Positions 28,527 to 37,930 are shown, counted from the first letter of the stretch. The stretch is DNA of 64,000 bases from an uncultured Collinsella sp. (GCA_900542825.1 UQOY01000001.1:232536-296535), one strand, 5' to 3'. Translations and numbers: made by a program. Notes: generated from the letters alone by a model not told the origin.

Positions 28527-29948
28527 ATGGGAGCATCGGTATCGGTCGCACAGGGCGCGCCTCTTGATGCAGGCACCTACAAGGCAGACGAGGCGGCCGT
28601 CGAGCGCTTTTGCGAATTGCTGCGCATCCCCACCGTTTCGCGTGAGAACATCGCCGAGCGCGACGATGAGCCCTTCAGCCAGTGGATCCCCACGCTTCAG
28701 CGACTTTATCCGCATTTCTTTAACATCGCCGAGATCACACGCATCGACGACTTTGGTATGCTCCTGCGTTGGCCTGGCGCCGATTCCGCCTTGGACCCCA
28801 TCGTCATGATGGCGCATCAGGACGTCGTGCCCGTCGAGGGCCAAGACTGGAAGCATGATCCCTTTGGAGCCGAGATCATCGACGGCGAAATCTGGGCCCG
28901 CGGTTCACTCGACACCAAGTGTATCGTCTCTGCCTTTCTCGAGGCCGCCGAGTACCTAATCAATCAGGGCTTCGTTCCCCCGCGCGATGTCTGGTTCTTC
29001 TCGAGCGATGGCGAGGAAATCGCCGCGCCTACTGCAACCCATGCAGTTCAGTGGCTTCGCGAGCACAACATCCATCCCTACATGGTGCTCGATGAGGGTG
29101 GCGCCGTGGCAACCGACGCCCCGCTCGGCGTCACCGAACCCGTTGCCATGGTAGGCGTGTCCGAGAAGGGTCACGTCGACCTTACCGTCACGGCGCGCGC
29201 CGACGGCGGCCATGCCTCTACGCCTGCGGCAAACGATGCCTGCCGTCTTCTCTGCCGTGTATGCGAGACTATCTCGACCAACCCCGGCAAGCCGCAGCTC
29301 ACGCCCGCCGTCGAAGCCACACTGACCGAACTGGGCGCCCGTAGCAGCGCGACGTATCAGGCAATCTTTGGCAACCTGTGGCTCACGCGCCCCGCGGTTA
29401 CCAAGATCATGGCCGCCAGCCCCGAGACCTCGGCCATGCTGCGCACAACCTATGCGCTCACGCAGCTCGAAGGCTCCAACGCGCACAATGTGCTGCCACC
29501 AGTTGCTCGCGCTAACTTCAACGTGCGCATCGCTCCGTTCGAGACCATCGCCGATGCCGTTGAGCGCGCCCGCAAGCTCGCCGCCCAGCAGTGCCGCGCC
29601 TCGGGCGTAAGCCCCGACCATGTCACCGTCGAAATCAACGAGGCGATCCCCTACACCGAGCCCGCGCCCATCTCGCCTTACGAAGACGATGCCGCCTTCA
29701 ACTACATCCATCGCTGCGTGTCGGGTGTCTATCCCGAGGCCGGCTTTGCCCCCTACGTGCAGAACTCCTGCACCGACTCGCGCGAGTTCAACGAGATCTG
29801 CGATCGCGTCTACCGCTTCTGCGGCTTTATCTACTCGGGCGAGGCGCGCAAGCTCATCCATGCCGCCAACGAACGCATCGGCGTCGACGTCTACAAGCGC
29901 GGTATCGAATTCTATGTGGCGTTTCTCGCCAACCTTGGACAACTGTAG
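28527..29948 (+). CDS. M20-family metallopeptidase (dipeptidase/carboxypeptidase-like)
   Basis: HQDVVP, SLDTKC and EEIAAP motifs typical of M20 family; AAAGGAG RBS. Confidence 0.8.
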   Translation: MGASVSVAQGAPLDAGTYKADEAAVERFCELLRIPTVSRENIAERDDEPFSQWIPTLQRLYPHFFNIAEITRIDDFGMLLRWPGADSALDPIVMMAHQDVVPVEGQDWKHDPFGAEIIDGEIWARGSLDTKCIVSAFLEAAEYLINQGFVPPRDVWFFSSDGEEIAAPTATHAVQWLREHNIHPYMVLDEGGAVATDAPLGVTEPVAMVGVSEKGHVDLTVTARADGGHASTPAANDACRLLCRVCETISTNPGKPQLTPAVEATLTELGARSSATYQAIFGNLWLTRPAVTKIMAASPETSAMLRTTYALTQLEGSNAHNVLPPVARANFNVRIAPFETIADAVERARKLAAQQCRASGVSPDHVTVEINEAIPYTEPAPISPYEDDAAFNYIHRCVSGVYPEAGFAPYVQNSCTDSREFNEICDRVYRFCGFIYSGEARKLIHAANERIGVDVYKRGIEFYVAFLANLGQL

Positions 29949-30001
29949 GACGGGAGGGCCGATAGCGCCCCTCCCCGCTTTTACCGACCAGGAGAACCAG
30001 C

Positions 30002-31321
30002 ATGACCCAACCGAATCTTAAGCGGGCGGCCCGGCTCGATACCAAGGCCGTCGCCCTCGCCTCTCTACCCTTTATGGGCATGATCAGCTTTTGGCAGGTC
30101 TACGACGGCATCGTTCCCAAGATGCTCACGGGAACCTTTGGCCTATCCAACTCGCTCACCGGCGCGATCATGGCCATCGATAATGTCTTTGGTCTGTTCC
30201 TGCTTCCGCTCTTTGGCATCCTCTCGGACCGTTGCACAAGCAAACTCGGGCGCCGAACGCCCTTTATCTTGGGCGGCTCCGCGGTGGCGATGCTCTCCGT
30301 CCCGCTCATCGCGATTGCCAACAACATGGGCAGCCTACCTCTGCTCATTGGCGCGATTATCCTCACGCTTTTGGCAATATGCGCCTACCGCACCATGACG
30401 GTTGCCATCGTGGCCGATATTACGCCTCGCCCACTGCGAACCAAGGCGGACTCGATCGAAAAGATCGTCGGCTATGCGGGAACGGGCCTTATGCTCGTCG
30501 CCATCTCGGTCATGGTTCCCAAGGCCGACAAGCCCGATTATCTTCCGCTCTTTTTCTTGCAGGCCGCCTTTATCCTCGTGTCGGCCGTTGTCTACGGCAT
30601 CTTTGTCCGTGAGCCCGCCCTCGTCGAAAAGATGCGCGAGAAATCGCTGTCCATGGGCATCGACGAGGATCAGATTGACAAAGATGACTCCCCCGAGGCC
30701 GGCGGTAAAGATCGCGTTGCAGACACCGGCTTACGCCGCTCCATCATCATGCTGCTCGCCGCAACGTTTTTCTACTACATGAGCTATAACGCCATGACCA
30801 CCAATATCAGCCGCTATGCCGATATGTTCTACGGCATGGAGGGCGGTTCCTATGCCATCATCAATATCGTGACGATTGCTGGCGCGCTGCTAAGCTACGT
30901 ACCCTTGGCAAATCTTTCGCTCAAAATCGGCCGTAAAAAGGTCGCCCTGGGCACCGCCGTCATCATGGTTTTATGCCCCGCGCTTCTTTGGCTGGCGCCC
31001 GGTTTCTCGCCCGTGCTGTACGGCGTCTTTTTGTTGATGGGCGTTGCGCTGGGCGGCGTAGACCTGTGCGTGTACACGATGATTCTGGAGTGCTGCAGCT
31101 CCCAAAGCGTGGGCCGCTACTCCGGTTACTACTACACCGTGAGCATGGCGGCTCAGGTGGCGACACCGATTCTCTCCGGCATCGTTATGGACGTGGCACC
31201 GTCGATGCTCTTCGCCTACATCACGGCAATGGGCATGATTATGGCCGCGAGCATTGCCGCCGCCAAGCATGGCGACGCCATCTTGATCGACGAGGTCGCT
31301 CGCCGCGAGGCAGCCGAGTAG
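30002..31321 (+). CDS. MFS transporter (GPH/sugar-peptide type)
   Basis: 12-TM MFS topology; AGGAGA RBS. Confidence 0.75.
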   Translation: MTQPNLKRAARLDTKAVALASLPFMGMISFWQVYDGIVPKMLTGTFGLSNSLTGAIMAIDNVFGLFLLPLFGILSDRCTSKLGRRTPFILGGSAVAMLSVPLIAIANNMGSLPLLIGAIILTLLAICAYRTMTVAIVADITPRPLRTKADSIEKIVGYAGTGLMLVAISVMVPKADKPDYLPLFFLQAAFILVSAVVYGIFVREPALVEKMREKSLSMGIDEDQIDKDDSPEAGGKDRVADTGLRRSIIMLLAATFFYYMSYNAMTTNISRYADMFYGMEGGSYAIINIVTIAGALLSYVPLANLSLKIGRKKVALGTAVIMVLCPALLWLAPGFSPVLYGVFLLMGVALGGVDLCVYTMILECCSSQSVGRYSGYYYTVSMAAQVATPILSGIVMDVAPSMLFAYITAMGMIMAASIAAAKHGDAILIDEVARREAAE

Positions 31322-31411
31322 GAGCGCGTGCCAATATTGAACAACGGAGCCGGATGGGGGGGCATTTCCCATCCGGCTCCGTTTTTTCATCCTCAAGAGG
31401 CTCGTCGAAGC

Positions 31412-31735
31412 CTACCCCACCGTGACGGATTCCCCGGTAAAGGCACTCATCATCAACAGGACAAAGAACACCAGGTAGCTAACACTCAGCAGGTACGCAA
31501 TAATCAGGAAGAAGACCCATCCGACATTGGTCTTGCCGTCGGCACGACGTTGCTCACGATAACGGCACAGCCAAATCGTCACGCCAATGGCCACAATCAA
31601 CAGCACAAGTGCCACTGCCGCCAGTCCAGCAAGCGCAAACATCACGCCAATGCTCACAGCAATAACCGGGAGCAGTAGTAAGCCGCACCCGCACCCACCA
31701 GGACTATACACGGCAGACCGGCGGCGTCGTTTCAT
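31412..31735 (-). CDS. hypothetical small membrane protein
   Basis: 107 aa, three hydrophobic helices; abuts the M20D gene stop. Confidence 0.35.
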   Translation of the reverse strand: MKRRRRSAVYSPGGCGCGLLLLPVIAVSIGVMFALAGLAAVALVLLIVAIGVTIWLCRYREQRRADGKTNVGWVFFLIIAYLLSVSYLVFFVLLMMSAFTGESVTVG

Positions 31736-31737
31736 CG

Positions 31738-32925
31738 TTACTCCAAGCCAAGCAATCGTTTGTAGACATCGAGGCCTTTGAGCAGGATTTCCTCGTCAAA
31801 GAGCATAGTATCCGTATGCAGGGCACTCGTGGCATAGGCGGGGCAGCCCTCGGTGTCGCTCGGATTATCCCGACTGACAGGAACGCCCGTGCCCAGCAAG
31901 AAGAACACACCCGGCAGATGGCGCTGATAGAAGGCGAAGTCTTCGGCAATCAGCAGCGGCTCGTCCACGAGCTGCAACTCGGGCAGAGCAGGCGCGATTC
32001 GGGCAAACAACTCGGGGTCGTTGTCGACCGGCGGATAGCCCTCGGCAAAGTCGAGATCGTACGTGCAGCCCGTTGCAGCGCATGCCTCGTCAAGCACGCG
32101 GCGCACGCCCTCACGCGCACGGTCGAACATGTCGTCCGTAAACACACGCAGGCTGCCGGCAACATGGGCCTCCCCCGCCACCGCGTTGCAGACGGTACCG
32201 GCCTGCAGTAGGCCGAACTTACCAATGCAGGGTTCGTCGGCGCCCAACTCGTCCATCAATTCACGCTCGGCAACCAAAAACTTCGCTGCCGCCAACGCGG
32301 CATCGTGCGATTCGTTTACGGGAACGCCGTAGGTCTTGGCGATATGGATGCTTGTCCCGTGAATGTGCACGTGCGTCTCACTCGAGCGCGCTAGCAATGG
32401 ACCGGAGCAGCTCGCCAACGTGTTCGCAGGCAGGTCGGGCCATACGTGGAACCCGAAGATACGGTCCACCCCGTAGCGCTCAAACACCCCGCTCTCACAA
32501 ACTGTCTTGGCGCCACCGGTCGTCTCCTCGGCAGGCTGGAACACAAAGAGCACGTTGCGCTTGATGGCACCCGGCTGCTCACGAATCGTGCGATCGACAA
32601 AGGTTGCCGCCGCAAGTGCCATGGCCATGTGTCCATCGTGTCCGCAAGCGTGCATCTTGCCGGGATGGGTTGAGGCAAAGGCCGCACCCGTCGCCTCCGC
32701 GATGGGTAGCGCGTCCATATCGGCGCGAATCGCCGTGGCATGCACGGCACCAACGCCAGCATCGAAGAAAGCGCAGACACAGCTGGGGCACGGATGGGTC
32801 ACCTCGCAGGTGAGCGGCGCCAACACGCCCTCGATATAAGCGATGGTTTGAGGAAGATCGAAATCGAGCTCCGGAATGCGATGCAGGTCGCGACGATAGC
32901 GACGAAGTTCTTGGAGCTCGGTCAT
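31738..32925 (-). CDS. M20D-family amidohydrolase (N-acyl-amino-acid / hippurate hydrolase-like)
   Basis: MHACGHDGH and PAEE motifs. Start at MTELQELRRY, 6 nt after AAAGGA; the listed ORF extends further upstream. Confidence 0.85.
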   Translation of the reverse strand: MTELQELRRYRRDLHRIPELDFDLPQTIAYIEGVLAPLTCEVTHPCPSCVCAFFDAGVGAVHATAIRADMDALPIAEATGAAFASTHPGKMHACGHDGHMAMALAAATFVDRTIREQPGAIKRNVLFVFQPAEETTGGAKTVCESGVFERYGVDRIFGFHVWPDLPANTLASCSGPLLARSSETHVHIHGTSIHIAKTYGVPVNESHDAALAAAKFLVAERELMDELGADEPCIGKFGLLQAGTVCNAVAGEAHVAGSLRVFTDDMFDRAREGVRRVLDEACAATGCTYDLDFAEGYPPVDNDPELFARIAPALPELQLVDEPLLIAEDFAFYQRHLPGVFFLLGTGVPVSRDNPSDTEGCPAYATSALHTDTMLFDEEILLKGLDVYKRLLGLE

Positions 32926-33076
32926 AAAGGATCCTTTCATGGGGCATTTCCATTCACACAATATTGTGATGCAAAAATGTGATGCCCTTGTTTCTAGCAT
33001 ATCCCTGCATTTTTTAAACGTTATATACGAATACTCTTGTTTGGTAAAGTGCAACGTGGTAGGGTCGTTACCACTT

Positions 33077-33235
33077 GATAGAGGCGCGGGCACGAAGAAC
33101 CGCGGGCGAGCCGGCAGGCTTTGACCCCGTGGGGAGGCGAAACCCGCCGAACTGGGCTTTTCGGGCACGAACAACCTGGTGGGCCTGCGGGAAACACCCG
33201 CAGGACTGTCTGCAGCAATGCGGGAGCGCTATCCG
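33077..33235 (+). promoter_or_regulatory. lysine riboswitch (L-box)
   Basis: 5' GAUAGAGGCGCG, internal GGGGAGGCGAAACCCGCCGAA, and 3' GGACUGUC...GAGCGCUAUCC match the conserved L-box P1 and core elements. Sits directly upstream of lysA-dapA-dapB-dapH. Confidence 0.8.
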
Positions 33236-33304
33236 GACATTGGGTCCACGCTATGCGGATTCGATGCGCAGATGGCGCCGTCTGGATAGCGAGGTTTACG
33301 GGAC

Positions 33305-35614
33305 ATGGCATTGACCCCCAACGAGGCATATGCGGCCAAGCAGCCGTTTGTGGACAAGGAGACGCTCGAGCATATCGTCGAGCAGTTCCCCACGCCGTTT
33401 CATCTATATGACGAGGCGGGCATCCGCCGCAACATGCAAGAGGTGCGCGATGCCTTTGCATGGAACCCGGGCTTTAAGGAATACTTTGCCGTCAAGGCCA
33501 ATCCCAACCCGGCGCTCGTCTCCATTCTCAACGAATACGGCTGCGGCTGCGATTGCTCGAGCTATACCGAGCTCATGATCGCCCGCTCGCTGGGTATCAC
33601 GGGACACGACATCATGTTCTCGTCCAACGACACGCCAGCTGCCGACTTTGAGCTCGCCGACAAGCTGGGTGCCATCGTCAACTTTGACGACATCAGCCAC
33701 ATCGAGTTCTTTGAGCGCGTCGCGGGGCCCATCCCCAAGACGGTCAGCTGCCGCTTTAATCCGGGCGGCCTGTTCCAGCTCTCCAACGGCATCATGGATA
33801 ACCCCGGCGACTCCAAGTACGGCATGACCACCGAGCAACTCTTCGAGGCGTTCCGCATGCTCAAGGCCAAGGGCGCCGAGGACTTTGGCATCCACGCATT
33901 CCTTGCCAGCAACACCGTCACCAACGACTACTACCCCAAGCTCGCGCGCATCCTCTTTGAGCTTGCCGTGCGCCTGGAGCGCGAGACCGGCGCACATGTC
34001 GCCTTTATCAATCTGTCCGGCGGCGTCGGTATCCCCTACCTGCCCGAGCAGCAGGCCAACGACATTCACGCCATCGGCGAGGGAGTGCACGCGGCATACG
34101 ACGAGATCCTGGTTCCCGCCGACATGGGCGATGTGGCCATCTGCACCGAGATGGGCCGCTTTATGATGGGCCCCTACGGCTGCCTGGTCACCAAGGCCAT
34201 CCACGAGAAGCAGATCTACAAGGACTATATCGGTGTCGACGCAAGCGCGGTCGACCTGATTCGCCCTGCCATGTATGGCGCCTACCACCACATTACGGTG
34301 ATGGGCCAGCCGGGTGGCGCCGACAAGACCACAGCACCCGTTGCGGATACCTACGACATCACGGGCAACCTATGCGAGAACAACGACAAGTTCGCCATCG
34401 ATCGCGAACTGCCGCATATCGACATGGGCGACCTGCTTGTGATTCACGATACCGGCGCGCATGGCTACTCCATGGGCTACAACTACAATGGACGGCTGCG
34501 CTCCGCCGAGGTCCTGCTGCGTCCCGATGGCTCGGCCGAACTCATCCGCCGCGCCGAGCGCCCGGGCGATTATTTTGCCACGCTCGATGTGCTGCCGTGC
34601 GGCCGAGAGCTGCTGGCCAAGTCGCGCGCCGAAAGTGCCCGCCGTCGCGCCCAAGACGAGCGGCTGGCAGTCGCCGCCCAATGGAACAAACGCATCCAGA
34701 TCGCGGACGCGAAGGAGAAGAACATGGACATCCGCAATCTTGAAGGCTCGATCGTCGCCCTTGTTACGCCGTTTAAAAAGGACGGCAGCGTCGACTTTGA
34801 CGCGCTCGAGCGCCTTATCGATTTCCACCTGCAAAACGGCACCGACGCCATCCTCACCCTGGGCACCACCGGCGAGAGCGCCACGATGACCGATGACGAG
34901 GACAACTCCGTTGTCGCCGCCGTGGTCAAGCAAGTTGCAGGCCGCGTCCCCGTCATTGCCGGCTCGGGCTCCAACTCCACGCAAACCATGCTCACCAAGT
35001 CGCTCACCTACCAGGGCTTGGGAGCCGACGGTCTGCTGCTCATTACCCCCTACTACAACAAGGCCAATGAAGAGGGCATCTATCAGCACTTTAAGACCGT
35101 CGCCGATGCCGTGGACATCCCCTGCATCCTGTACAACATCCCCGGCCGCTGCGGCTGCGGCATCAGCGAGCGCAACGTAGAACGCTTGGCTGCGCACCCC
35201 AACATCATGGGTATTAAGGAAGCCTCGGGCAACGTCGCCTACGCGGCCAAGATCGCCCACCTGCTGTCCGACGACTTCCGTATGTACTCGGGCGAAGACG
35301 CACTTACCGTACCGCTCATGAGCCTGGGCGCTTCGGGCACCATCAGCGTGTGGGCCGATGTTCAGCCGCAGCTCGTGCACGACATGTGTCGAGCCTATCT
35401 GGACGGTGACGTGGCACGCGCCCGCGATATCCAGATTGCCGGCCAGCCGCTCATCAATGCACTCTTTAGCGAGGTCAACCCCATCCCCGTCAAGGAGGCG
35501 CTCGCCCAGATGGGTATGATCGAAGCAAATTACCGCATGCCGCTGTGCCCCATGGCAGACGTCACGCGCGCTACACTTACCGATGCTCTGAAGGGAGCTG
35601 GTCTGCTTGATTAA
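33305..35614 (+). CDS. lysA-dapA: in-frame fusion: diaminopimelate decarboxylase (LysA) + 4-hydroxy-tetrahydrodipicolinate synthase (DapA)
   Basis: 769-aa ORF. Residues 1-~455 are a PLP-dependent ornithine/DAP decarboxylase fold; after a ~40-aa basic linker comes a complete DapA (MDIRNLEGSIVALVTPF...). No stop codon found on reading codons 34562-34740. Confidence 0.8.
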   Translation: MALTPNEAYAAKQPFVDKETLEHIVEQFPTPFHLYDEAGIRRNMQEVRDAFAWNPGFKEYFAVKANPNPALVSILNEYGCGCDCSSYTELMIARSLGITGHDIMFSSNDTPAADFELADKLGAIVNFDDISHIEFFERVAGPIPKTVSCRFNPGGLFQLSNGIMDNPGDSKYGMTTEQLFEAFRMLKAKGAEDFGIHAFLASNTVTNDYYPKLARILFELAVRLERETGAHVAFINLSGGVGIPYLPEQQANDIHAIGEGVHAAYDEILVPADMGDVAICTEMGRFMMGPYGCLVTKAIHEKQIYKDYIGVDASAVDLIRPAMYGAYHHITVMGQPGGADKTTAPVADTYDITGNLCENNDKFAIDRELPHIDMGDLLVIHDTGAHGYSMGYNYNGRLRSAEVLLRPDGSAELIRRAERPGDYFATLDVLPCGRELLAKSRAESARRRAQDERLAVAAQWNKRIQIADAKEKNMDIRNLEGSIVALVTPFKKDGSVDFDALERLIDFHLQNGTDAILTLGTTGESATMTDDEDNSVVAAVVKQVAGRVPVIAGSGSNSTQTMLTKSLTYQGLGADGLLLITPYYNKANEEGIYQHFKTVADAVDIPCILYNIPGRCGCGISERNVERLAAHPNIMGIKEASGNVAYAAKIAHLLSDDFRMYSGEDALTVPLMSLGASGTISVWADVQPQLVHDMCRAYLDGDVARARDIQIAGQPLINALFSEVNPIPVKEALAQMGMIEANYRMPLCPMADVTRATLTDALKGAGLLD
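34724..35614 (+). CDS. dapA: DapA portion; possible independent internal translation start
   Basis: ATG at 34724 is preceded by GAAGGAG 7 nt upstream, embedded in the fusion linker coding sequence. The 296-aa product is a full-length DapA. Confidence 0.45.
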   Translation: MDIRNLEGSIVALVTPFKKDGSVDFDALERLIDFHLQNGTDAILTLGTTGESATMTDDEDNSVVAAVVKQVAGRVPVIAGSGSNSTQTMLTKSLTYQGLGADGLLLITPYYNKANEEGIYQHFKTVADAVDIPCILYNIPGRCGCGISERNVERLAAHPNIMGIKEASGNVAYAAKIAHLLSDDFRMYSGEDALTVPLMSLGASGTISVWADVQPQLVHDMCRAYLDGDVARARDIQIAGQPLINALFSEVNPIPVKEALAQMGMIEANYRMPLCPMADVTRATLTDALKGAGLLD

Positions 35615-36347
35615 GACCGTCATTATGGGAACGGGCCGCATGGGCTCGCTCATCCGCACCACCGCCGAGGGCGTTGTCGACGCCGCCGGACAACCTGTTT
35701 TCAATATCGTGGCCCAGATCGGCTTTGACTTGTCCGAGCTCGAGAACGCCCCGGCAGCCGACGTCATCATCGACTTCTCGAACGTCGTGACCTTCGATGC
35801 CGTCGTCGCCTATGTCGAGCGCACGGGCGCAGCGTTAGTCTCGGGAACCACGGGCTACACACCAGAGCAGATGGATCGCCTGCGCGAGCTGGGTCAGAAC
35901 GCCCGCGTCATGCACTCCGGCAATTATTCCATCGGTATCGCAGCCCTGCGTCATCTGGTAGCACAGGCAACACGCGAGCTGCCCGGCTTTGACTGCGAAA
36001 TCGTCGAGACGCACCATAACCAAAAGGTCGACGCCCCCAGCGGCACTGCCAAGTTGTTGCTCGACGCCGTCGTCGAAGCCGAGCCCGAGGCAGGTTACCA
36101 CCCCGTCTATGGCCGCGAGGGCATGTGCGGTGCACGCGACCCCAAGGAGATCGGCATGCACTCGCTGCGCGGTGGCACTGTCGCCGGCGTGCACGAAGTG
36201 AGTTTCTTTGGCCAGGACGAGGAGGTCACGCTCACGCACCGCGCCACGAGCCGTCAGATCTTTGTCAACGGTGCCCTGGCAGCCGCGCAGAAGCTCGTCA
36301 CCCACGAGCCTGGCTTCTATACGTTCGACCAGATCATGTTTGCCTAA
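35607..36347 (+). CDS. dapB: 4-hydroxy-tetrahydrodipicolinate reductase
   Basis: 246 aa, DapB motifs (EIVETHHNQKVDAPSGTA). Overlaps the dapA stop by 8 nt (ATGATTAA). Confidence 0.9.
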   Translation: MIKTVIMGTGRMGSLIRTTAEGVVDAAGQPVFNIVAQIGFDLSELENAPAADVIIDFSNVVTFDAVVAYVERTGAALVSGTTGYTPEQMDRLRELGQNARVMHSGNYSIGIAALRHLVAQATRELPGFDCEIVETHHNQKVDAPSGTAKLLLDAVVEAEPEAGYHPVYGREGMCGARDPKEIGMHSLRGGTVAGVHEVSFFGQDEEVTLTHRATSRQIFVNGALAAAQKLVTHEPGFYTFDQIMFA

Positions 36348-36386
36348 CCAGGTATCAACCGGATTCACCCAAAGGAGAGACAGCAA

Positions 36387-37106
36387 ATGAGCAATGCAGC
36401 CGAAATGGATGCACAGGAGATCATCAACTACATCGCCACCGCGCCCAAGAAAACGCCCGTCAAACTGTACGTGCGCGAGAAGCCGGGCATGAAGGTCCAG
36501 TGGGGCAATGCACACGTCTACGGCGGTCGTCGTGGCAAGACCGTCTTTGGTGACTGGGATGAGCTCAAGGCAATCCTCGACGCCAACGCCGGCTCCATCG
36601 ACTACTACGACGTAGAGAACGACTGCCGCAACTCCGCCGTGCCCATGCTCGACCTCAAGGGCATCAACGCCCGCATCGAGCCGGGCGCTATCATCCGCGA
36701 CCGCGTCGAGATTGGCGACCGTGCCGTCATCATGATGGGCGCCATCATCAACATCGGCTCCGTCATTGGCGAGGGTTCCATGATCGATATGGGCGCCGTG
36801 CTGGGCGGCCGCGCCACCGTGGGTAAGAACTGCCACATCGGCGCCGGCACCGTGCTGGCAGGCGTCGTGGAGCCCGCCAGCGCCACGCCCGTCATCATCG
36901 AGGACGATGTCATGATCGGCGCCAATGCCGTGGTCCTGGAGGGCGTGCACGTGGGCAAGGGTGCTGTCGTTGCCGCCGGCGCCGTGTGCGTCGAGGACGT
37001 CCCCGCCGGTGCCGTCGTGGCCGGTGTCCCCGCCCGCGTCATCAAGATGCGCGACGAGAAGACCGACAGCAAGACTGGCCTCGAAGAGGGCTTACGCCAG
37101 CTTTAA
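36387..37106 (+). CDS. dapH: 2,3,4,5-tetrahydropyridine-2,6-dicarboxylate N-acetyltransferase
   Basis: Left-handed beta-helix hexapeptide repeats with DapH-like N-terminus. Confidence 0.85.
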   Translation: MSNAAEMDAQEIINYIATAPKKTPVKLYVREKPGMKVQWGNAHVYGGRRGKTVFGDWDELKAILDANAGSIDYYDVENDCRNSAVPMLDLKGINARIEPGAIIRDRVEIGDRAVIMMGAIINIGSVIGEGSMIDMGAVLGGRATVGKNCHIGAGTVLAGVVEPASATPVIIEDDVMIGANAVVLEGVHVGKGAVVAAGAVCVEDVPAGAVVAGVPARVIKMRDEKTDSKTGLEEGLRQL

Positions 37107-37111
37107 TAGTT

Positions 37112-37137
37112 ACGCGGTTTTGACAAACCGCGTTTTC
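37112..37137 (+). terminator. intrinsic terminator of lysine operon
   Basis: acgcggttt-tgac-aaaccgcgt followed by tttctct. Confidence 0.7.
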
Positions 37138-37224
37138 TCTGACGCATGCTCAACCTGCGGCGCAATGTCAGCAACCAAGCCGAAAACAAAAAAGGCCGAA
37201 GCACCATCGGGGCTTCGACCTTCA

Positions 37225-37569
37225 TCATCTCAGGGTTCCGTCGTATTCAACCATGGCGGGTCGCTTTGACAGGCGCCCCGCGGCCGTCTTATAGACCTCG
37301 GAACGGTCGCGCCGCCCTATTGCCACGATCTCGGCAATCTCAACCGTTCCGTCCTCCCGGATTCGAAAAACCATTCGGAGTCCTGCATTCCGCCATTTGA
37401 TCTTTTTGCAGCCGGCAAGCTCGCCGTGAAGCGGCGTTCCAATTTCATCAGCGCGCGTCTTTAATTTCGCGACTGCAATACGGACGAGTCTTCGCTGAGA
37501 TCCATCTAGTTTTTGATATTCCTTCTCGACGTCTCGATTCAAAAAGCCGACGACAAAATGCCCACTCAT
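37225..37569 (-). CDS. type II toxin, RelE/ParE family
   Basis: RelE-like core (GCKKIKWRNAGLRMVFRIREDGTVEIAEIVAIGRR). Overlaps the antitoxin stop (ATGA). Confidence 0.7.
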   Translation of the reverse strand: MSGHFVVGFLNRDVEKEYQKLDGSQRRLVRIAVAKLKTRADEIGTPLHGELAGCKKIKWRNAGLRMVFRIREDGTVEIAEIVAIGRRDRSEVYKTAAGRLSKRPAMVEYDGTLR

Positions 37570-37916
37570 TCGAAAAGATCCTCATCGGGGATCGCGTCCG
37601 GATCCATCGATTCAAACTCCGCGAGCTCCTCGGTAGTTAGGGCGTCCTCAAACGGAACAAATTCATGCGGACCATGCTTGACTCGATCCGCAGCGATGCG
37701 ATTTATCTCAAGTTCGTGCAGATACTGCAGCGCGCCGTACATTTCCTCATAGGCGGCATAGTCGATAATCACGGTATCGATATCGTTATGATCGGCAATG
37801 AACTGTGGTGCGCGTTTTGCGCGTTTACGAATGGCAGATAAAGACTTGCTTGCTTCTGTAGCCGAAACAACCTGGTCTTTTGTAAACACCGGTTTTTCCA
37901 GAACAAGTGGGGACAT
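37566..37916 (-). CDS. type II antitoxin, Phd/YefM-like
   Basis: VSATEASKSLSAIRKRAK... Phd-like N-terminus and acidic C-terminus. GGAGG RBS before MSPLV. Confidence 0.65.
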   Translation of the reverse strand: MSPLVLEKPVFTKDQVVSATEASKSLSAIRKRAKRAPQFIADHNDIDTVIIDYAAYEEMYGALQYLHELEINRIAADRVKHGPHEFVPFEDALTTEELAEFESMDPDAIPDEDLFE

Positions 37917-37930
37917 TTTGACCTCCAAAA

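Noticed and set aside
34370-35770. 466-aa - strand ORF (and 33404..34291)
   Set aside because: Antisense to the lysA-dapA fusion and dapB.
35835-36950. 371-aa - strand ORF
   Set aside because: Antisense to dapB/dapH.
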